From NCBI GenBank assembly GCA_964351055.1, contig CAYGMX010000001.1, positions 1 to 34,481 on the forward strand: DNA of 34,481 nt, in the 5' to 3' direction. The notes beneath the pieces were generated by a model that was not told where the DNA came from, searched no databases, and saw only the letters and a list, made by a program, of their open reading frames with translations. Positions 27,572-34,481 of this stretch are shown piece after piece. This DNA comes from an uncultured Loktanella sp. (lineage in GTDB: Bacteria; Pseudomonadota; Alphaproteobacteria; Rhodobacterales; Rhodobacteraceae). The first letter of the stretch is position 1. The number at the start of each line of letters is the position of its first letter. The translations under genes were made by a program, and so were the position numbers.

Positions 27572-28495
27572 TCAGTTCAGAATATCCCGCACCCAATCCA
27601 ACGGGCGTGTGTCAAAGAAGACCCGACCGGTTTGGCCCACGTTGAATTGCAGGTCCGGGTCTGTCCGCAGTTCAGGGACAAGAAGGGCAACGTCATAACG
27701 CTCTAGGTGTTTGGCTGACGGGGCAACCGCCAGATTGCGATAGATCGTTTCTGCGCTGGCACCTGCGAGGCGGGTAATAGTGCCATCATAAATGGTGCTT
27801 TGGCCGTCCAGCCTGAACTTTGCGATCTGGCCGACTCGCAGCCGGTTATAGATGTTGTCCGCGACTGACAGCGTCACCAAAGATGACTGGCACACCAGCA
27901 GTGTCACAATATCCTGCCCGCGCTGAACGACTTCTCCGTCTTCGGCAAGAACCTGCCACAGCAAACTATTGGTCGGGGACGCGATCTGTGCGCTGGAGAG
28001 CAGTGCAACACGGTTTTCTTCTGCCGCAATGCGTGCATCGATCGCGGCAAGCCGCTGACGCGCTTCGACCAAGTACACATCCAATTCGTTCCGGCCAATA
28101 CGAGTGTCCGTCCGTGGGCTGCGATTTGCCAGCACTTCGGCATCTGCGCCGGTGTTGTCTGTTCTGCTGTTTGTCTCATCGGGTGCAAAAGCGGAAAGAC
28201 GGTCGATCTCGGCTGTCGCAAAGACCTGTTCCATGCGCAGATCGTTCAAGCGCACTGTATCTGCCAGCGGATCAGTGAGAGCGGCAAACACCTCATCTGC
28301 GTTGAAAGCAGAGCCGAGAGTTCGCCTCGGCATATCGAGTGTGCCCGCGATAGGGGCACGCACGGTGGAAAGACGCGCATTCAGAACTGCATCTGAACTG
28401 ACACCGGTAATCTGTTCGCCGACAATGACCCACAGGGCGAACAGGATCACTGCCATACCCACAAAAAGCCGCCCGATCCGCAATGTCATCTCCAC
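27572..28495 (-). CDS. HlyD-like membrane fusion protein (BgsB-like)
   Basis: N-terminal TM helix, lipoyl-like halves (AVLNARLSTVRAPIAG and IASP..GEVVQRGQ), short helical hairpin, beta-barrel with VGQTGRV; 1 nt upstream of the GT2 start. Exact start uncertain (GTG 28495, ATG 28489 or TTG 28483). Confidence 0.8.
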   Translation of the reverse strand: MEMTLRIGRLFVGMAVILFALWVIVGEQITGVSSDAVLNARLSTVRAPIAGTLDMPRRTLGSAFNADEVFAALTDPLADTVRLNDLRMEQVFATAEIDRLSAFAPDETNSRTDNTGADAEVLANRSPRTDTRIGRNELDVYLVEARQRLAAIDARIAAEENRVALLSSAQIASPTNSLLWQVLAEDGEVVQRGQDIVTLLVCQSSLVTLSVADNIYNRLRVGQIAKFRLDGQSTIYDGTITRLAGASAETIYRNLAVAPSAKHLERYDVALLVPELRTDPDLQFNVGQTGRVFFDTRPLDWVRDILN

Positions 28496-28695
28496 TGTTC
28501 CAATGGGAACTGCACTGTGAAGCGACCAGCTTGGTATTTCGCTCAGATCTTATTCATGCTTTGGACAGAATTAAGGCAAACTCAGTAAGTTTGAGGGTTT
28601 CAAAGCATGACTGGCAAAGCACCCCTAATCGGCAACTTACCCAAACTGTTTTGTCACTCTCGCGTATGTCGGCGCGACGACCGGACGTTACAATC

Positions 28696-29088
28696 CTACC
28701 CCGCCCTGAGCGACCGCAAGAACAAACCAATCCCGCCGACCAGCAGCACCAGAATAACAATCAGGTCAAAGGCGCTCATCCGTGCCAGTTCCAGCGTCAT
28801 GTTGGCGATGACCCCAAAGATCAGCGCGACCAATGCCGCGCCCGCGATGCCCCAGCCGAACCAGTTTCTGGAGTTGTAAAAGATCATCCCGACCCCGAAC
28901 ATGAACGGGATCAGCACCATCCCCGAAGTGATGGGTACGCCACCGATGCCGAAGACGCGCGAGCCAAAACCGAAATTCGGGCGCACTACGATCCCGTTGA
29001 GCAGCAAATAACCGCCACCCACCATCATGATCAGCCCGATCAGAAAGCTGCCGGTTCCGCCGTCACTGCCACCTGCGCCACGTGCCAT
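28696..29088 (-). CDS. Hypothetical Gly-rich membrane protein (about 4 TM segments)
   Basis: Clear RBS AGGAG upstream, four hydrophobic segments, N-terminal GAGGSDGG. Confidence 0.8.
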   Translation of the reverse strand: MARGAGGSDGGTGSFLIGLIMMVGGGYLLLNGIVVRPNFGFGSRVFGIGGVPITSGMVLIPFMFGVGMIFYNSRNWFGWGIAGAALVALIFGVIANMTLELARMSAFDLIVILVLLVGGIGLFLRSLRAG

Positions 29089-29200
29089 CTTTGTCTCCTA
29101 TGACATGGGTTCAATGCCTACTACCTAGGGGCAAGACCGCCTAAAAACCAGACCCGTTCTTGGGAGCGCGGATGCACCACGCAATCACCGCGCCACCCGC

Positions 29201-29731
29201 CTATGTCCGCGCTTTGAGGGCGTCCATCAGCTCGGTCAGCAATTTTATGTACATCTCGCCCTTCAGTTTGCCGTTCTCATCGAACTCGTTGGATGAATTG
29301 GCAACCAGTACTTCCGGCCCCTGAAGGATATCAGGGCGGAAGGGTGTCATAGCCAGACGTAGCGAGAATTGCGAGCGTTCGCCGCCCGCCCGCCCACCGG
29401 CGGCGGACATGATCGCGACAGGCTTGCCGTTCCACGGGCCACCCTTTGTCCGGCTGACCCAGTCAAGTGCGTTCTTGAGCGCCCCAGAGAGCGCCTTGTT
29501 ATATTCCGGCGTTGCAATAATCACGGCGTCGGCCGCTGCAATCTGGTCCGCAAGCGTCTGAACCGCAGCAGGGATGCCCTCTGCTTCTTCCAGATCTCCG
29601 TTGTAGAGCGGAAAATTGATGTCGCCTTCAATGAAGGTCTCTGCATCAAAAATTGCGGCAGCGTTCCGCATGAGCAGTGTATTTGTCGACGCCTTGCGCA
29701 GCGACCCCGAAATTCCAAGAAGAGTTGTCAT
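29201..29731 (-). CDS. NADPH-dependent FMN reductase (SsuE/ChrR-like)
   Basis: GISGSLRKAS, ATPEYN, LKNALDWVSR and GKPVAIMS motifs; RBS AAAGGA before ATG 29731. Confidence 0.93.
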   Translation of the reverse strand: MTTLLGISGSLRKASTNTLLMRNAAAIFDAETFIEGDINFPLYNGDLEEAEGIPAAVQTLADQIAAADAVIIATPEYNKALSGALKNALDWVSRTKGGPWNGKPVAIMSAAGGRAGGERSQFSLRLAMTPFRPDILQGPEVLVANSSNEFDENGKLKGEMYIKLLTELMDALKART

Positions 29732-29832
29732 AGGTGATCCTTTCTGTTTGAGCGATGACCTAACCCGATTGTCCGATTGCGCAACCCGTAGAACTGGCAC
29801 ATGATCCTCTGCAAAAGCGCAGGGAGGCAGAA

Positions 29833-31491
29833 ATGATCCGTCATGGTGGGAAAATACTGAGCGATCAGTTGGTTAAACTTGGCGTGCGCCGCGTTTTTTC
29901 CGTACCGGGGGAAAGCTTTCTGGCTGCACTTGACGGGCTATATGACAGTGGAATTGCAAATATTGTCTGCCGTCAGGAAGGCGGTGCCGCGATGATGGCA
30001 GAGGCTTACGGCAAGATGACCGGCCAGCCTGGTGTCTGTTTTGTTACCCGCGGGCCGGGGGCGACCAATGCCAGCGCAGGCATCCATATCGCGATGCAGG
30101 ACAGCACGCCCATGGTTTTGTTCGTGGGGCAGATCGACAACCGCCACACCGACCGCGAGACTTTTCAGGAAATCGACTATCGGGCTGTCTTTGGCGGCTT
30201 GGCCAAATGGGTGGCGCAGGTGGACCACACCGACCGGTTGCCCGAATATATCGGCCGCGCGTTTCGTGTCGCGATGTCAGGCAGGCCTGGTCCTGTGGTT
30301 CTGGCGCTGCCGGAAAATATGCTCAGTGCGCAGGCAGATGTGCCTGATTTGCGCCTGACCGAACCCATAGACCAAGAGGTGCCCCGCGCTGCCACCAATG
30401 CGATCATGCATGTGCTGGCGCAAGCGCAAAAACCACTGGTCGTGGTCGGTGGCCCGCATTGGAGCGCACAGGCGCAGGCCGATCTGCAAGTCTTTGCCGA
30501 AAGCCAGCAGGTGCCTGTGGCTGTTGGGTTCCGCAGACAGGATTACATGGACAACCACCATGCCTGCTATGCCGGTGATCTGAATGTAGGGATCAATCCG
30601 CGCCTTGCTGCACGGGTACGCGACGCCGATACGCTGATCCTGCTCGGCACGCGCTTTGGCGATATCGAAACGCAAGGCTATACGCTTGTTGACCCTGCGG
30701 ACCCGCAAAAGACGATTGTCCATGTTCATGCGGATGCCGATGAAATCGGGCGGGTCTATGTGCCCGATCTGGGGGTCGTGGCGACCGCACCGGCGATCTT
30801 GCGGGGACTGGCGAATGCGTCGCCTGCCGGGGCATGGCCTGACTGGACGGGGCAGGCGCGCCGCGATTACGAGGCATGGTTGACGCCGCAAGAAAGCCCC
30901 GGTGCGCTGAAACAGGAAGCAGTGATCAAATGGCTGTCCGACCATCTGCCGGACAATGCGATCGTTACGAACGGTGCGGGCAATTACGCCGCGTGGTTGC
31001 ACCGTTACTTTGTCTACAAGAAATACCGCACCCAGCTTGCGCCCACCTCTGGGTCTATGGGCTATGGGTTTCCGGCATCGGTGTCCGCATCGCTGGAACA
31101 CCCCGACAGGACAGTGGTTTGCCTTGCAGGTGACGGGTGTTTCCAGATGACCTGCAACGAGTTGTCGACCGCTGTGCAGCACGGGGCAAGGCCGATTGTG
31201 GTGGTAATGAACAACGGACGATACGGGACGATCCGGATGCATCAGGAAAAACACTACCCGGGTCGGGTGTCGGGCACGGCCTTGGCCAATCCAGACTTTG
31301 CCGCGCTTGCCCGTGCCTATGGCGGGCATGGCGAGGTGGTGACTGCGACCGCTGATTTTGCACAAGCCTTTGCGCGTGCGCAGGCGGCGGGGACCGTCGC
31401 CGTAATTGAATGCAAGGTGGACGAAGAGGCGCTGACGACCGGATCAACGCTGAGTGCTGTGCGGGCGGCTGCGCAACAGGGCCAAGGCTAG
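29833..31491 (+). CDS. Thiamine pyrophosphate-dependent enzyme (acetolactate synthase-like family)
   Basis: VPGES, CRQEGGA, TRGPGATN, GSMGYG and GDG..NN ThDP-binding motif; RBS GGGAGG. Confidence 0.93.
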   Translation: MIRHGGKILSDQLVKLGVRRVFSVPGESFLAALDGLYDSGIANIVCRQEGGAAMMAEAYGKMTGQPGVCFVTRGPGATNASAGIHIAMQDSTPMVLFVGQIDNRHTDRETFQEIDYRAVFGGLAKWVAQVDHTDRLPEYIGRAFRVAMSGRPGPVVLALPENMLSAQADVPDLRLTEPIDQEVPRAATNAIMHVLAQAQKPLVVVGGPHWSAQAQADLQVFAESQQVPVAVGFRRQDYMDNHHACYAGDLNVGINPRLAARVRDADTLILLGTRFGDIETQGYTLVDPADPQKTIVHVHADADEIGRVYVPDLGVVATAPAILRGLANASPAGAWPDWTGQARRDYEAWLTPQESPGALKQEAVIKWLSDHLPDNAIVTNGAGNYAAWLHRYFVYKKYRTQLAPTSGSMGYGFPASVSASLEHPDRTVVCLAGDGCFQMTCNELSTAVQHGARPIVVVMNNGRYGTIRMHQEKHYPGRVSGTALANPDFAALARAYGGHGEVVTATADFAQAFARAQAAGTVAVIECKVDEEALTTGSTLSAVRAAAQQGQG

Positions 31492-32111
31492 ACCTCTTGC
31501 CAGAAAGTCACGCTGTTTTCCTGCCAGTCGTTGCGATGCAGCAGGGGGGTATCGTCGTCTGACGCGGCCTTGCCAAGGCAAAGATAGCCGGTCAGGCGCC
31601 ATTCTTCCGGCACGGCAAGTGTCGCGGCGATACTGTCAGGATCAAGGATCGATACCCAGCCGAGCCCAAGGTTCTCGGCCCTTGCCGCAAGCCACAACGT
31701 ATGGATCGCGGCCACTGTCGAATAATCCAGCATCTCGGGCATGGTCTGGCGGCCAAGCCCCGCACCGGTCTGCGGACGTGTTTCGGTAAAGACAGCCAGA
31801 TGCACTGGCGCTTCCCTTAGTCCCGCCAGTTTCAAATTGTTATAGCGGGCGCGCCGCTTATCATCATAGATCGCGGCGGCCTTGGCGTTCGCCGCCTCGA
31901 AATTCGCTATCACCGCATCGCGCAGCGCCGGGGTCATGACGTGCAGCACCCGCCAAGGCCGCGCGTTGCCAACCGACGGGGCCAGATCCATCGCCGCGCG
32001 CAGCCTGTCCAGCACATCATCGCCAATCGGGTCGGGCAGAAAGTGCCTGACATCGCGCCGCCAGCGCAGGATATCGGTCAGGGCGTCACGATGTGCCTGT
32101 GTAAGATGCAT
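31488..32111 (-). CDS. bluB: 5,6-dimethylbenzimidazole synthase
   Basis: WRRDVRHF, APSVGN..PW, LKLAGLREAP, LGRQTMPE and LWLAARAENLGLGWVSI motifs; located in a cob cluster. Confidence 0.93.
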   Translation of the reverse strand: MHLTQAHRDALTDILRWRRDVRHFLPDPIGDDVLDRLRAAMDLAPSVGNARPWRVLHVMTPALRDAVIANFEAANAKAAAIYDDKRRARYNNLKLAGLREAPVHLAVFTETRPQTGAGLGRQTMPEMLDYSTVAAIHTLWLAARAENLGLGWVSILDPDSIAATLAVPEEWRLTGYLCLGKAASDDDTPLLHRNDWQENSVTFWQEV

Positions 32112-32474
32112 CTAGCGCTGCACCCATTTGTCCGCCTGTGACGGCAAGAACGCCTCGACCGCTGCGGTGGCGATGACAGCGGTATCGCCTGTTTCGGGGT
32201 TGGGCACGTTCAGACCTCCTTTGGTTACATGCACCACGGCCCGACCGCGCGGCAAACCTGCCGTCAGTGCCGCGGTGTCGATCCTGTCAGGTTCCTGCAC
32301 GCCGACCGTGACTTGCACCCGCATTTCGCTATGGGGCAGGCCGATGCTTTCAAAAATCGGAAGCGTCGAATGGCGGATCGCATCCTCGATCGCGCGGGCT
32401 GCGGCCTTTTGATAATCCATCCCGTGCAGATCGTTGCCCATCCCCATTTCGATAATGACACGCTGTTCCATCAT
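32112..32474 (-). CDS. Lin0512-family protein
   Basis: IIEMGMGNDLHGMDYQKAAARAIEDAIRH, GVQEPD and GGL motifs. Confidence 0.85.
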   Translation of the reverse strand: MMEQRVIIEMGMGNDLHGMDYQKAAARAIEDAIRHSTLPIFESIGLPHSEMRVQVTVGVQEPDRIDTAALTAGLPRGRAVVHVTKGGLNVPNPETGDTAVIATAAVEAFLPSQADKWVQR

Positions 32475-32815
32475 TTGCGCTCCATGTTGAAGGACATGTT
32501 GATCGCAACATTGGCGATGACGGTCGGGTTACCGTCGGGGCGTGGAACATCCAACCCGCCATGATGGACGGTGATTGTCGGCTGGCCGTAGGGAAAAATA
32601 TCTTTCAGGCTTTCGGTATCCACGCGGTCGGGCTGCTGCACGCCGATCTGCACGTCAATCAGCATCGCCTCTTTTGCAAAGCCGAAGAGTTCCGCCATGT
32701 TGATCGAATTATGCCAAAGCGCATCCTGCAATGCGCGCCGCGCGGCTTGGGTATAGTCCTGCCGGCGCAGGCTGGAGCCCATACCGAATTCGGTCAAGAC
32801 GCGGTGTTTTGGCAT
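32471..32815 (-). CDS. Lin0512-family protein (paralogue)
   Basis: LTEFGMGSSLRRQDYTQAARRALQDALWHNS, GVQQPD, FPYG and GGL motifs; RBS AAGGAG before ATG 32815. Confidence 0.85.
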   Translation of the reverse strand: MPKHRVLTEFGMGSSLRRQDYTQAARRALQDALWHNSINMAELFGFAKEAMLIDVQIGVQQPDRVDTESLKDIFPYGQPTITVHHGGLDVPRPDGNPTVIANVAINMSFNMERK

Positions 32816-32857
32816 CCCGTTTCTCCTTGCTGCAATCGTCAGCAAAGACTTAACAGA

Positions 32858-33534
32858 CTAGGCAGGCAAGAGCGAGAACCGACGGAGTTGTTTATCCCAT
32901 TGCAGTCGCGCGTTGCGCGCCAAACGCTGGCAGCTATCATCAAGCCCCATCCGGTTGGACCATCGGGCCATCGACCGGACAGGAATAGCGTGAATGTCGC
33001 CAAATCCGTCTACAAGCACACATTCCCGCGGACCCAGAACTCCGCCTACATCGCGATGACCGAACACAAAATTGCTTGGGTTCATGTCACTGGCGCGAAT
33101 GTTGCTTTTGTAGATGCGCGAGATTGTGTCGTTCAAAAGATCGACATCGTCTTGGGTCAGGCTGTTTGCCCTGACTTTTTGCCCCAACGTGGAACCGAGG
33201 GTCCCATCTTCTTCCATCACCCGCTCTGTCAGGCAGCCCAGACCAAGATTGGTCTGAACAAAGCCGTACATATGCGAAATCGGTGTCACGAATTCGGGTC
33301 CTGATGGGTCAGCATGACCCGCATGTATTCTCCGTACTCTTTGCGTATCTGGCGCAGCCGCGTGTCAGGAAACCAGCGATCCATCACGCCACCGAAGCTT
33401 TGCCGCCTCGGCTGGTCGTCGGCGGACCGCAAGACTTTGACTAGTCTGCTTTTGTCATGCGGATGCAAAAACACCGCACGCTGCACGCCACGGGCGACTA
33501 AACTGGCAAGATTGAGGGTCAGGGCTAAAGGCAT
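32858..33534 (-). pseudogene. YrbL-family kinase-like protein split by a frameshift near 33290
   Basis: First ORF has ARGVQRAVFLHP..LVKV and RKEY; second ORF has GFVQTNLGLG..ERV, DMNPSN and LVDGFG. Together they make one YrbL/protein-kinase-like fold. Confidence 0.75.
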
Positions 33535-33639
33535 GCCGTTCAGAATACACACTGAACTGAACGGTTCAATTCACGTTTTCGTCAAACTGTTACAAAGGCA
33601 GGGATCGTTTCGCAGACCTGCCAGTGAAGCCGCCGTTAT

Positions 33640-34254
33640 CTAGAACTCTACCCCGATCTGCGCCTTGATCCCCGACCGGAAGGGATGTTTGACCAGTTCC
33701 ATCTCTGTCACCAGATCGGCCAGTTCGATCAGGTCTTCGTGCGCATTGCGGCCCGTCAGCACCACATGGGTCATCGGCGGTTTGTGGTCGCGCAGAAAGG
33801 CCACGACCTCGGCGATATCAACGTAATCATAGCGGATCGCGATGTTGATCTCATCCAGCAGGACCATGTGGTTGGTTTCGTCCAGAATGAGTTCCTTGGC
33901 CTTGGCCCAAGCGGCCTGCGCCATTTCGGTGTCGCGGGATTTGTCCTGTGTTTCCCATGTGAACCCTTCGCCCATGGTGTGAAAGGCGCAGATATCGGTG
34001 AATTTGGACAGGATCAGGTCACGCTCGCCGGTGGACATGCCCCCTTTGATGAACTGCACAACAGCGCATTTCATGTCATGGGCAATGCAGCGGAAGATCA
34101 TGCCGAAGGCGGCCGAAGACTTGCCTTTGCCTTTGCCGGTATGCACGATGACCAGACCTTTCCGGTCGGTCTTGGTTGCCATGATCTTGTCGCGGGCGGC
34201 CTTTTTCTTGGCCATCTTCATGGCGTGGCGGTCGGTATCTTCTGTCATTGTCAT
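33640..34254 (-). CDS. cobO: Cob(I)alamin adenosyltransferase
   Basis: VHTGKGKGKSSAAFG, VQFIKG, GEGFTWETQ, LLDEIN, LTGRNA and HPFRSGIKAQ motifs. Confidence 0.97.
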   Translation of the reverse strand: MTMTEDTDRHAMKMAKKKAARDKIMATKTDRKGLVIVHTGKGKGKSSAAFGMIFRCIAHDMKCAVVQFIKGGMSTGERDLILSKFTDICAFHTMGEGFTWETQDKSRDTEMAQAAWAKAKELILDETNHMVLLDEINIAIRYDYVDIAEVVAFLRDHKPPMTHVVLTGRNAHEDLIELADLVTEMELVKHPFRSGIKAQIGVEF

Positions 34255-34281
34255 CCCTTTCGTTGGTGGGTCGCACCCAGC

Positions 34282-34481
34282 CTACAGCAATCCGGCGATC
34301 CGCGCCCGCGCCGAGTTTGATTTCGGTTGCCACAGGTTACGGTCGATCGCCTCTTGCAGGCGCTGGGCAATTTCCCGCAGCGCCGGTGCATTGGCATCGG
34401 CGATAAAATCGCGGGTCGCGTCATCCTTGATAAAGGCTTCTTCGACAAGATCGAAATGGTGATTGCGCACCGCCCCTGTGG
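34282..34481 (-). CDS. cobN: Cobaltochelatase subunit CobN, C-terminal end (truncated by the window edge)
   Basis: TGAVRNHHFDLVEEAF..NAPALREIAQRLQEAIDRNLWQPKSNSA matches the characteristic CobN C-terminus; directly upstream of cobO. Confidence 0.9.
   Translation of the reverse strand, partial: TGAVRNHHFDLVEEAFIKDDATRDFIADANAPALREIAQRLQEAIDRNLWQPKSNSARARIAGLL

Noticed and set aside
28571-28590. CtrA box upstream of the bgsB-like gene
   Set aside because: Only one TTAA half-site; TTAA-N7-TTAA is not satisfied.
31488-31491. Convergent CTAG stop overlap of the ThDP enzyme and bluB
   Set aside because: A common compact-genome arrangement with no evidence of antisense regulation.
33535-33639. 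Cobalamin riboswitch between cobO and the downstream genes
   Set aside because: The spacer is about 100 bp and I could not identify the conserved B12-element core motifs on the coding strand.

Overview
GC-rich alphaproteobacterial chromosome segment with Rhodobacteraceae/Roseobacter-like gene content. From left to right it carries: (1) a 5'-truncated MDR-family oxidoreductase; (2) the core block rsfS-rlmH-gpmI-envC-like-ctpA and an orphan membrane protein; (3) a minus-strand methylated-amine catabolic cluster (XRE-cupin regulator, GFA protein, two GcvT-domain flavoprotein dehydrogenases flanking a homocysteine S-methyltransferase), preceded by thiolase, MDR and fRMsr genes; (4) a gamma-glutamyltransferase; (5) an accessory block of about 10 kb with a LacI-controlled sugar ABC transporter plus a GH32/GH68-like beta-fructosidase, and a convergent bgsBA-like (membrane fusion protein + GT2 glucan synthase) operon whose synthase is split by one in-frame amber codon; (6) an FMN reductase and a ThDP enzyme; (7) the end of a cobalamin cluster (cobN 3' end, cobO, a frameshifted YrbL-like kinase, two Lin0512-family genes coupled to bluB). 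I saw no rRNA, tRNA, CRISPR array or intact transposase. All calls come from motif recognition by eye; no database searches were run.
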